Assembly (NCBI RefSeq): GCF_001194135.2
Contig: NC_068997.1
Location: 47,237,367 to 47,301,366, forward strand
Length of the DNA: 64,000 nt
DNA from: Octopus bimaculoides
Lineage: Eukaryota
Reading direction: 5' to 3'
The notes beneath the pieces were generated by a model that did no database searches, was not told the origin of the DNA, and saw nothing but the letters and a program-made list of their open reading frames with translations. Position numbers and translations under genes: made by a program. Shown one piece after another: positions 1-11,590 of this stretch (position 1 is the stretch's first letter; each line of letters opens with the position of its first letter).

Positions 1-1026
1 AGTACCAGACTTAAAAAGATTCGATCAATTAAACCCCTTCAAGGCGGTACCCCAGCATGGCCGCAGTCGAATGACCGAAACAAAAGATGAAATAAGAGCG
101 CTGTGCAGTGATAATGAAATTAATAATTTCCGGAAAGAAACTGCAGACACAAAAGTTAAAATATTCCTTCTTCCAAAAGTATCTGAAGCAGCAAGAATGA
201 ACCAAATCAGTCAAAGCATGTCATTATTTTGTTTCCAATTCAAAATGTTTCATATAATAACAGCAGAGACGAATCACTTTAGAGGGTTATTGTAATCGAA
301 ATTAGGGTATTTTTGCCATAAATATAATAATGAACATTTTTAGAATGCCAATCGGCATTATCATTTTGGCTAATAATTCATTGTATATGGTGTGATGTCT
401 GAACAAAATTTAAATAACATTACATTTCAGGGTTCTTATCTCGACTTACCTGTAATTAAGAATAGTTTTGAAAGGAGAAAATTAGCAATAGATTTATGTA
501 AAGAACACACCGTTGAGATGTATGTGAATTACTTTGACAATTAAAAAAAAAATACTATTAAACCTTGGGAGAGGCATTATGCCGGTAATAAAATGTTTTG
601 TCGAAATTCATGATTGTTTCAGGCTAAAACACGTAGGGGTGTATTTTAGAAACATAATACAATGTTTTCTGGCTTAGGTACAAGACCAGCAACTTTTGGG
701 GGACGGGTGGTTATGTCGATACCATCTACACAAGTAATTTACTTTATAGACCCCGGAGGGATAAAAGGTAAAGCTGACCTCGACGGGAAATGAACTAAGA
801 AGGTTAAGATATTTTACAAATATTGTAAAACATGTTTGTTTTTTTTGTTTTCTAGCGTTCTACGTTTCTACCCAAGGCTTTTGTAAAAAGAAATAACATG
901 ATTTCATAACGATCTGAATATATCGAACTTTAAAATGAATTGATTGGTAAGGAGACTTATGAATGTCAGACAAAGAAGGGATTTAAAAAAAAATCTTTTT
1001 CAAGGAAGAATTTGCTAAAACTGAAC

Positions 1027-1347
1027 CTATGGTTCTCAATCTGAGTCCTTATGACACCAGGAAGTCCACATAAGTAAAACAGTAAATTTCGTCCACAGTC
1101 TTATTTGAAAGGTCCATGAAAAACGTTGCTATAGATGTATTTATTGCAAGAAACGGCTAGGTTTCTTTCTCAAACGTTTTACATAGTTCAACCTACACAA
1201 GTGAATGTGTGCTGAACAAAATAGGTATTTTGAAATAAGTATCTATAAAACTAGTTTTAAATATCAAATAGCTATGGGGGTCCGCTAGAATAATAAAATA
1301 ATCGGTGGGGGAAGGTCATATATAAAAAAAATGGTTGAGAACCCCTG
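1027..1347. mobile_element. hAT-type MITE
   Basis: Termini CTATGGTTCTCAAT and GGTTGAGAACCCCTG match the CAG(T/G)GGTTCTCAAC TIR of hAT/Charlie-like elements. The 8-bp TSD is only partly preserved. Confidence 0.6.
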
Positions 1348-4300
1348 GTCTAAACAGACAGACAAATATGGTTACGTTTAAGAAAAATACTGGGTTGGTG
1401 TATAAGAACAGAAAGCAAAAATTATAACTAAATCCAACATACAAACACGTCAAGCTAGAATATCTACTGTGAATATTTAATATCTATAATGTCGAATAGT
1501 ATTAATTTAATAACGAAAGACACTGGAGCAGACATTTGAGTCCAAGAAGCAATTTCTGAAGTTACCTCTTACAAGCGTCATGTCATTCATTATCGGACTC
1601 AAACATTTACACAAATAGACAATGATTCTATATTTTGCAGTTATTAGAATATTTAAATTTTAAAAATCACTTGCATAATAAATGTAAACTTCGCAAAATA
1701 TTTCTTTCTTTTTCTTCATTCTGAAAGAACATATGAATTCTTCCAATAAAAATGCAAGTTATTCTCCAAGCAAAATTTAATTGTGGCTGACAAGTTCTGA
1801 ACGAATTTAGTTTTCTACCTACGTAAACTATTAAAATATATACGATTACATACAACGAACAGGGACAAGTGATGATTACTTATATACACAAGTATGAAGC
1901 TCAATATATCTATACATATACGTATTTATTTTCTTCAGGAGATTAGAAGTTGTAACTTGCACAAGGAAATGTATTAAGCTACATAAACTTAGGCAGTTCT
2001 TAGGAATCGAAATCAAAACGCGGACTCAGATTGGAGGTAACGCTGCAATCAACCAAACACTAAAGTCTATGCGTGATCTATTGTATATATTTATCCTGCA
2101 TACCTTTAAAAATATACCTAATAACTATCATCTGTGATGAGAATTATATATAAATAACACAGACACAACAGTCAATTTCCTTCAAGTCACAAGATCAGAC
2201 CATCACTCGTTAGTCCTAGATACTCATAAAAAGGCGGAGATGGAATGCTTTTGACCACACACACGCCTGTCAGCTTGATCAGCGTTGACCTGGGGCTAAA
2301 CAACACCAAATAGTCATTTGATTACCACAGCAGAAAGCTTCATTTCTCAGGAACAATTTTCTGTGAGAATGGGATCTGTACAGCTTTTATATTTTTGTTC
2401 ACTTGTCACTACAGGTCTTGACAAAAGCGTAAACGTCACGAAATCACGTTTTCTTTACCTTTTTTCTCCTCACCCACCTCTAGCTACAAATAGGAGTTCT
2501 ATTCACCTACCCACTGGTATTTTTAAGTTTATTATTACGAGAGAAGTTATTAATTGCTAAGAAAGCTGGATCGGTCAGTCAGTTAATTGAGTCTCCTTCC
2601 TCCTTGTCCCTTAATTCACATACTAAAAGATGATTATGGTGTCGAGTACATGGTTCACGTTGCGATTAACACACACAGACAGAAAGAGGAAGAGACAAGA
2701 AGTGAGAAGGCAGGGGGTAAAAAAGCCAGGGAGTGTCGACAGGGGGGGGGAGAAAAACAGCAAAAAAGCAGCTTAAGGAACAGAATTTTTTTAAATTTTT
2801 GACAATGGATATAGTTTTTGAGACGAATGCATTCATCATATGTGTGTGTGTATATATATATATACGCGCGCACACACACACACACAGAAATTGGTGCATA
2901 TATATCGACCCAGCACGAAAAAAATTCGGATAGGAAGTAAAACTCAGAACACATGTTTGCATAAGCGACTTGATAGGATTGATAAAGCCAAAGGTGGGCG
3001 TTCGACCTGGTACAAAAAAAAAAAAGCAGCAACATCTTCGAATCCCATTATACACTTGCCCTTTTCTCTTAAGACATACTGAATAATGTAGCTCTTAGAT
3101 ACGCTGTCTGAATAAAAGACGAGATGGTCAAGGCTGGTGTGCTTTTGACAATAGGCCAGCTGAATCAGAGCTGGACTGAGACCGAACGCTACAACGACCA
3201 ACTCGATCTGGTTACTTGACGCTACTAGAAACAGTCAAATCATGAAAATGCACCCCAATGTCTTAAAACTAAAACACGGAAAGAACACGATGCATGCCTG
3301 AAAAAAAAAAGATGGGATAGTTGCAGCTGGAGAGCTTTTGGTTCTAAATCGTTTTCGGTTTCAACCAGCACAGATCTGGGACTAAACAACTATAGAATAA
3401 AACCAAAAAGTATTCCATCCAATCTTTTAGGTTCCTTATACTAATCTTCAACACCATTGTTTATATTAAAACATTCCACTTACCATCCGAAACTAGGATT
3501 TATATAAGCAGTCAATAACAAACATAAGAATGGCTAAGAAAATATGAGGTCTGTCTGAATGAAATTGATTATTTTACAATTAAAAAAAATCTCTCTCTCT
3601 CTCTCTCTTATATCTATATTACACATGTAGAACTAGGTATGTACATACATGTACGTATATATGCATATACTCATATATTATTTCTATTAAACAAACACAT
3701 ATATACATATACAAGGGAGAGGGTATATATTATGTAGAGCGAAGAAAGACGGTATATATGATATATTCTCTCTCTCTCTCTCTTATACACAGTGATATTT
3801 CGTTATGACAAAATTCCTTAAACCATTCAAATGCTTTCTTAATACGAACGCGTTTTTATACACACCACACATATATATATATATATACACGTATATTATA
3901 ATAGACACACACGCTTAACTGATAGTTTTTCTCTTCTTTCGTTTGAGGATGGTGATTCGCAGCGTCGCTACTCAGAGTATCTCAAATATGTGCGATCCTT
4001 CAAGTAATTAAAATAGAAAATATATCTGTGTATATGTGATTGTGTACGTGCAAAATTTTAACGGCGAAAATATCAACACGGAAGACTGAAATTGTCCATG
4101 AAAGAAGAAACGTTGAATGGGTTTGGAAGAGTTAAGATGCTAAACTAAATCTAGAAGAGGAGAACATTTAAGAAGACAATCGTCCTAAACAAACACAAAT
4201 ACAAAGTAATTCTTTCTCAGTGTATGTATATATATATATATATATGACAGTGGATTTTCATCGATGAGTTCATAAACCTTGGTTCTTTTCCCTAATACTA

Positions 4301-4408
4301 TATATATTTATATATATTTTATACTGTGAAAATTAATTTAATTTTAATTTTTAATAAATTGATTTTAATTGAGTTTTTACCTGTAATTTTGGATTTTATC
4401 CCTAATAT

Positions 4409-4443
<35 letters not shown>

Positions 4444-4979
4444 NNNNNNNNNNNNNNNNNNNNNNNNNNNNNNNNNNNNNNNNNNNNNNNNNNNNNNNNN
4501 NNNNNNNNNNNNNNNNNNNNNNNNNNNNNNNNNNNNNNNNNNNNNNNNNNNNNNNNNNNNNNNNNNNNNNNNNNNNNNNNNNNNNNNNNNNNNNNNNNNN
4601 NNNNNNNNNNNNNNNNNNNNNNNNNNNNNNNNNNNNNNNNNNNNNNNNNNNNNNNNNNNNNNNNNNNNNNNNNNNNNNNNNNNNNNNNNNNNNNNNNNNN
4701 NNNNNNNNNNNNNNNNNNNNNNNNNNNNNNNNNNNNNNNNNNNNNNNNNNNNNNNNNNNNNNNTATATATATATATATATATACACACACACATTCATAT
4801 GTGTACACGTATATAGAAAGCAGTTACTAAGAGCATGTGTGTATGTATATGGTGCATATAGTATGTAAGAAAAGAAGATTGCTCAGTGATGGCAAAAACA
4901 AACCAAAGCACATCTATATAGAAACATACATGTAGCCATATATATATATACTTATATACAGGCATCCACATAGAAGCAC

Positions 4980-5028
<49 letters not shown>

Positions 5029-5280
5029 NNNNNNNNNNNNNNNNNNNNNNNNNNNNNNNNNNNAAAAAATTAAAATTAAATTAATGACAGTGGATTTTCA
5101 TCGATGAGTTCATGAACCTTGGTTCTTTTCCCTAAAACTATATATATATATACCTGTATGTAAAAATGATTAAAGAGAAGCTCACCGTTTTAGCCATGTC
5201 GACGTTGAATGTTTATCGTCCTTTTTTGTTGTGATAGTGTGGATGGGGAGGAGGGGAACGTAACTTTCCGGTTTAGTATA

Positions 5281-5297
5281 GCACTGCCCTCTGCTGG
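5281..5297 (-). promoter_or_regulatory. CTCF-consensus motif CCAGCAGAGGGCAGTGC in a small GC-richer island
   Basis: Matches CCASYAGRKGGCRS. It has a GGGGAGGAGGGG tract and CCGGAAAGT nearby, ~85 bp upstream of a possible ATG GCT AAA ACG|GTGAGC exon. Confidence 0.45.
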
Positions 5298-5359
5298 CTC
5301 ATTCATTCGACGCTTCAGCCGATAAGCAAGGGGACATAATTCAGATAACTCTTTACTCT

Positions 5360-5553
5360 TTTATTTGTTTCAGTCATTTGGCTGCGGCCATGCTGGAGCA
5401 CCGCCTTTAGTCGAGCAAATCGACCCCAGGACTTATTCTTTTGTAAGCTTAGTACTTATTCTATTGGTCTCTTTTGCCGAACCGCTAAATTACGGGGACA
5501 TAAACACACCAGCATCGGTTGTCAAACAATGCTAGGGGGACAAACACACACAC

Positions 5554-5592
<39 letters not shown>

Positions 5593-6635
5593 TATATACA
5601 TATATACGACGGGCTTCTTTCAGTTTCCGTCTACCATATCCACTCACAAGGCTTTGGTCGGTCCGAGGCTATAGTAGAAGACACTTGCCCATGGTGCCAC
5701 GCAGTGGGACTGAACCCAGAACCATGTGGTTGGANNNNNNNNNNNNNNNNNNNNNNNNNNNNNNNNNNNNNNNNNNNNNNNNNNNNNNNNNNNNNNNNNN
5801 NNNNNNNNNNNNNNNNNNNNNNNNNNNNNNNNNNNNNNNNNNNNNNNNNNNNNNNNNNNNNNNNNNNNNNNNNNNNNNNNNNNNNNNNNNNNNNNNNNNN
5901 NNNNNNNNNNNNNNNNNNNNNNNNNNNNNNNNNNNNNNNNNNNNNNNNNNNNNNNNNNNNNNNNNNNNNNNNNNNNNNNNNNNNNNNNNNNNNNNNNNNN
6001 NNNNNNNNNNNNNNNNNNNNNNNNNNNNNNNNNNNNNNNNNNNNNNNNNNNNNNNNNNNNNNNNNNNNNNNNNNNNNNNNNNNNNNNNNNNNNNNNNNNN
6101 NNNNNNNNNNNNNNNNNNNNNNNNNNNNNNNNNNNNNNNNNNNNNNNNNNNNNNNNNNNNNNNNNNNNNNNNNNNNNNNNNNNNNNNNNNNNNNNNNNNN
6201 NNNNNNNNNNNNNNNNNNNNNNNNNNNNNNNNNNNNNNNNNNNNNNNNNNNNNNNNNNNNNNNNNNNNNNNNNNNNNNNNNNNNNNNNNNNNNNNNNNNN
6301 NNNNNNNNNNNNNNNNNNNNNNNNNNNNNNNNNNNNNNNNNNNNNNNNNNNNNNNNNNNNNNNNNNNNNNNNNNNNNNNNNNNNNNNNNNNNNNNNNNNN
6401 NNNNNNNNNNNNNNNNNNNNNNNNNNNNNNNNNNNNNNNNNNNNNNNNNNNNNNNNNNNNNNNNNNNNNNNNNNNTATATATACGACGGGCTTCTTTCAG
6501 TTTCCGTCTACCATATCCACTCACAAGGCTTTGGTCGGTCCGAGGCTATAGTAGAAGACACTTGCCCATGGTGCCACGCAGTGGGACTGAACCCAGAACC
6601 ATGTGGTTGGAAAGAAGCTACTTACCACACATCCT
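5360..6635 (-). mobile_element. SINE family 1 copy split and duplicated across gap 5735-6475
   Basis: Same sequence as 22820-23198. The segment ~5603-5734 recurs almost identically at ~6480-6612. Confidence 0.8.
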
Positions 6636-8090
6636 TCCAATAAGTTCGTTAAGATTAAGACTCTGGTTACATTAATTTCGATTTTTAATTACCGTCATGC
6701 AACTTATACTGTTAATAAATTATTTCATTTCTAGGTTGAAAACCCAAAAGACCAGCACAATTGAGTTTTGCTCACTAAGAGAGTTATAATACCGAAAGCA
6801 TTAGTCGGGGATTTTGTTAAAATGATATACAATTGTTGGTTTCGTATATTGAAGCAAATTCACTGCTTCCTCACTGAGGTTTGGCTCTATATATATGAAC
6901 AATGTGACTATCAGAAATAAGCAGTTGACCAGAAAGATTCATATCTCATCCGGTTAATCTTTGAAACTTGAGCTAAGCACTAGCTATTAAAGAGTCACTC
7001 ATGAATACAGGATGAGAGCCCTTTATAATACCTCCTCATCACTAGTGTACTTATAAACTGGCTTTTGAGTCATCTAGAGAGTTGGTGATGACTATAACGG
7101 CAGTCCTCCTGTCCTATTGTTCTGGATAGATAACTTCTGAACATCCAAGTTCACGACAGAGCTTTTGAATAACACTGCTAATGAATGTAAGGGAGTATTT
7201 ATGCCCATTTTTAATTTCTGGTGTTATCTTTTTTCTTTTACTTTGGCCATGCTGGGGCACTTGCTTAAAGGATTTAGTCGTACAAGTCGACCACAGTATT
7301 CATTTTAAAGTCTGGTAATTGTTTTATAGGTCTCTTTGGCGAACCATTTCGGGGTCGATGAATTAAGTATCAGTGAAATACTGGGGTCGATATGACCGAC
7401 TTACTTCCTCCTCCAAATTGCAGGCTTCGTGTCTTTAGTAGTTATTATTATTATTGCCGTCATACTGGGAGGACGTAGTAAGTTGGAGCTCCGTAATTTG
7501 TAAGTGTTTAATCAAGCGTCTCGGCTGGTTGCAGCCCGTTCATTCACAATTTTATTTAACAAGTATTTTGCTTGCATTGTCTGGATCGTGGTGGTAACGT
7601 TTTATGTAGTTGTACCCCCTTTTGAGGTGGGGGTGTAATAATTGTTTTGCATTTTTGCATTTTTTTTGTAAAGACAGGATTTTATTCATTTTTCCTATTT
7701 TAAAAAATGTCGGATTGCGAGAAAATAATGATAATCGGCCAAGAGCAGCGTCCTATTGACTCCGACCAAGAGCAGCGTTCTGTTGTAACTCCAAAAACAA
7801 ACGCAGCCGAAGGTGAAATTCATTTTTCGCCAAAGAGAAATATAATTTCCTCTTGTTGCTACGACGACAGTAACACGTGCAAAAGTACCAACAGCAACGA
7901 TAATGACGACGACGACGACGACTACAGCAGCAGCAGCAGCGCCACCACCACCACCACCACCACCACCACCACAAACAGCAGAAACAACAACAATAACAGC
8001 AACTGTATAGACAACAACATCAGCAAAAAGATGAACAAAATCGAAAACAAGAAAAGTAACAAGAACAACAAGATTGAAAACAACAACAGT

Positions 8091-8422
8091 CGGTACTCCT
8101 AAAGCGGAGTGGTCCCGAACGCGCAGTCGCGCGTCCGCACTAACTAGTCGTGAGTGGTCGATCCTAACCCTAACCTTATCCTTAACCCTATCCCTAACCN
8201 NNNNNNNNNCGCAGTCGCGCGTCCGCACTAACTAGTCGTGAGTGGTCGATCCTAACCCTAACCTTATCCTTAACCCTATCCCTAACCCTAACCCTATCCC
8301 TAACCCTAACCCTAACCTAACCCTAAACACATGTATTCATTTGCACGCGCGCGCGCGCACTTTTTGTAGGATCGACCACACACGACTAGCTAGCGCGGAC
8401 GCGCGACTGCGCGTTCGGGATA
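8091..8422 (-). mobile_element. Non-autonomous element with 54-bp inverted arms and an internal (TTAGGG)n-like array; Helitron2/Helentron-like
   Basis: Arms at 8113-8166 and 8367-8420 are reverse complements with 3 mismatches in 54. TAACCC repeats lie between them, and a short hairpin ACTCC-TAAAGC-GGAGT (8095-8110) lies outside one arm. Confidence 0.6.
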
Positions 8423-8779
8423 ACTGTGTGGAAAACAACGACGATGACAACGACACCAACAACAAAAACAACAGCAGCAGCATTAATAACACAATGAACC
8501 TCAACAAAACTAATTCCGTTAGAAATTGGACTATACTATTTTTTCAGTGGATGACTTGAAAGATAAGGCCCTGAAATACAAGAGTGGCATTAAGAAACCA
8601 GGTGCTATGTGTTTTAGTGAAGAGGAGAAAAAAAAACCTCCGAAAGACGAACGGTGGTGCACCAGCATGACCGCAGCCATTTGGCTGAAACACATAAATA
8701 AATAAATAAAAAAAGTTGTTCGTCTTTATAAATGTGTTTCTCGCAAAGAGAAAAAACTTAAATTTCCTACTCCAGCAGA

Positions 8780-9420
8780 GACCGAAAAATGCCTAGAAGA
8801 TGTGTGGCCTTCAGTACTACACATACAGAAAGGTAAGCAATATGGGTTAGTTACTGCTATGTGCAGTAGAGAGCAAGAAGCCAGAAGAATGGCTACTATA
8901 ACTTGCACGTTCCAGGCTTTTGCAATATTTCCCTACTACATGGGTAAAAGGTTGACTCGAATTCGAGTAAAGAACGTATCGGGTCACCGTGATCCGGCGA
9001 GAGTTTTAGCCATTCTGGAGGAGCATGGGAAGATTGTGGAGGTGAAGTTTTTACCCCACAACTCAACAGGATTGGAATTCTAATGGAATGCCAGATACTA
9101 GTTTCTCCAGAAGAAATAAATCGCATTCCTGATTTTTTCTGTTTCGGGGAATGCCAACAAATGCCGGTTTCTATAGGGGGTGGGGAAACAGAAGTATTTT
9201 GTGTGTGGGAATTCGAACCATCTCAAAGCCTTTTGCACCGCGGTGGAGAAAGCACGAAGTTCTCCACCGTTACTACCAACTCCTCAAGGTGGGGACAAAA
9301 CTATTACCTCGCATTTGCCTCCTTCCTCCGACTCAGGTCTCGCAAAAGCAAAGTCCTCATTGACTTCGTGCCAAAAGGCCTTTGTCGGAGATAAGAGAAA
9401 GACTGAATATGAACCGAACA
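8780..9420 (+). pseudogene. Decayed non-LTR retrotransposon ORF1 (Tx1/L1-like) with a zinc knuckle
   Basis: Frameshifted segments RIRVKNVSGHRDPARVLAILEEHGKIVEV, IPDFFCFG...VSIGG and (C>Y)FVCGNSNHLKAFC (9195-9236), a CX2CX4HX4C pattern. Confidence 0.7.
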
Positions 9421-9699
9421 GAGACCGACACAAATTGAAGGCCCTAAGACATGACGGTGAAAACAAAATCCGTCTCAACAATTTAAAAACAAATCAACAT
9501 CAACATCAACATCACAAGACCACCCATTTTTACAAACACATTCACAACCACAAAAGACACGAAAACAAAAAGAAACACGCGTAAAACAAAATGACCAGCA
9601 ATCACACTCTCGGGTACGTGCTTCCCTCATCAACTTCACTGTTGTTCAGAAGAGCAACATTGAATTGAGGAAGTAGTTAATAACAAAAACATTAGAAGT

Positions 9700-10205
9700 G
9701 GAGACGGTTTTGCGGAACTCCTTTCAGGATCGATAAAATAAGTACCAGTTGCACACTGAGGTCGATCTAATCGACTTACCCCCTCCCCCGAATTGCTCCC
9801 CTTGTGACAAAATTTGAAACCATTCTTATTACTATTAAGGTGGTGAGCTGGCAGAATTGTTAGCACGCCGGGCAAAATGCTTAGCTGCATTTCGTCCGTC
9901 TTTACGTTCTGAGTTCAAATTCCGCCGAGGTTGACTTTACCTTTCACTCTTATTCCCTTTCCCAAAATTCCAGGCCTTGTGCCTTCACTAGGAAGGATTA
10001 TTATTAAAGCGGCGAGCTGGCAGAATCGTTAGCACGCTGGAAAAAATGTTAAGCGGCATTTAATCCGTCTTTACGTTCTAAGTTCAAATTCTGTCAAGGT
10101 CGACGTTGTCTTCCATCCTTTCGGGGGTGGGGTCGATGAAATAAGTACCAGTTGAATATTGGAGTCGATGTAATCGACTAGCCCTCTCCCCCAAAACCTC
10201 AGGCC
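9700..10205 (+). mobile_element. Cluster of SINE family 2 copies (GGCGAGCTGGCAGAATCGTTAGCACGCCGGGC...)
   Basis: tRNA-like head with B box GAGTTCAAATTCC and a shared tail GGGTCGAT...AAGTACCAGTT... Confidence 0.8.
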
Positions 10206-10904
10206 AAATATTATTGATAGTAGTAGTAGTAGTAGTAAAGAAGTGAATTCATCAAGATAGTTCTCTGCAGTAATGAGTTTTTGGATCTCACAGAAGCTCG
10301 ACAGTCGTTTTATGACTGAACTTATTGACTCTGGAGAGAAATACTAAATTTTCTTAATGATTGGAGATTTGTGGCTTTCTGAAAAGATAGCTTTAAGTGT
10401 TGGAGTTCTCTAGCGTGTCTAATATATTGGAAATTCTATTAGTCGGTGGAATTTCATGAAAATTCACTGAGTGACGAAGTTTCTTCTTTGAATAAATAAT
10501 GTTTTCGTGCATGTCAGTGTAATTAAACTTGACTGGGTTATCATATCGCCATCGGAGGACATTACGATGATGGTTAGTAATAGATGAGGTGGATGATTGG
10601 TGAGAACTACGAAAAAAACACAGGCAGGAGAAGGTTGACGGTTGTAGAGTAAATATGTTAAGAAACTTTAATGCGTTTGAAATAATTATTGTCAGTTCGG
10701 CATGGCGTCTAAGGAAATTCTATGTTAAGGAAACATGAAAATAGAATTTAAAATCTATGAAACGACTATTTGTAAGATAATAGTTTTTCAGTAGAATAAA
10801 GAAATAAACCATAAATAGAACACATCTCTCTGTTCATTTCAATACACACACACACATACACAGATACATGCATACACACACATGAGTGTACATACATACA
10901 TATA

Positions 10905-11590
10905 TTATTATTTCTCTTTATCACAGGTTTTGTTGGAGTTCCTGGTGTCTTACATGCATAGCCAGCTTGTTACCCGCACCCTATGCTACTATGCTATCCA
11001 CTCTTTTCAGCTATCTAATACTTTCTTGATTATTCTGACCGTTCCAAGGAGGCAAACCTTTTGTTACAGTTCTACTGGGCACGCTATTCCGATTTCCTTT
11101 ATACTCCCCTTGATGTCTTCTGATACTATTTCCAAGGACCCAACAATAATTTTCTATAGCCGGGCTATTTCGTACTTAAGAGGGTTGTATTTATCTATCT
11201 TTTCACCATCCTTCTTGACTATTCGTGGGTCAAAGGGACATGCAACATCAAATGTATAGCATATGTGGTGCATCTTGTCCACCACCACTAGGTCCGGTTT
11301 GTTATGCTCTAGCACCTGATCTGTTTGGATTGGGAAATTCCAGAGGATTTTGCTAGTCTCTGACTTCGCCATTCTCTGTGGTTTGCGCTCATACCACGTC
11401 TTGCCTCTCTCTCGCCCCCCCCCACCTTTTCGCACAATTTCCAATGAAGCACTTTCACTACCTGATCGTGTCGCCACAACTTGTAATGGTTTTGGACCAG
11501 TCTAGGGCATTCGTTCATGATATGGGCAATGGTTTCATCCACACTATTGCAGATGCGGTACAGCGGAGATCATCATCATTATTAGATAAT
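10905..11590 (-). mobile_element. 3' end of an R4/Dong-like non-LTR retrotransposon (CCHC finger plus restriction-like endonuclease), frameshifted
   Basis: SPL(C>Y)RICNSVDETIAHIMNEC, RHDQV..LHW.LC, ILWNFPIQTD..LEHNKPDLVVVDK...DVACP...EKIDKY. The element ends in a TAATAAT tail. Confidence 0.85.

Noticed and set aside
5603-6612. Apparent tandem duplication of a SINE half on both sides of gap 5735-6475, and of 8130-8199 across the 10-N gap
   Set aside because: The copies share private variants and sit exactly at gap edges, so they are most simply explained as unmerged contig overlaps.
8160-8330. True telomere or chromosome end
   Set aside because: The array is short, degenerate, internal and enclosed by inverted arms.
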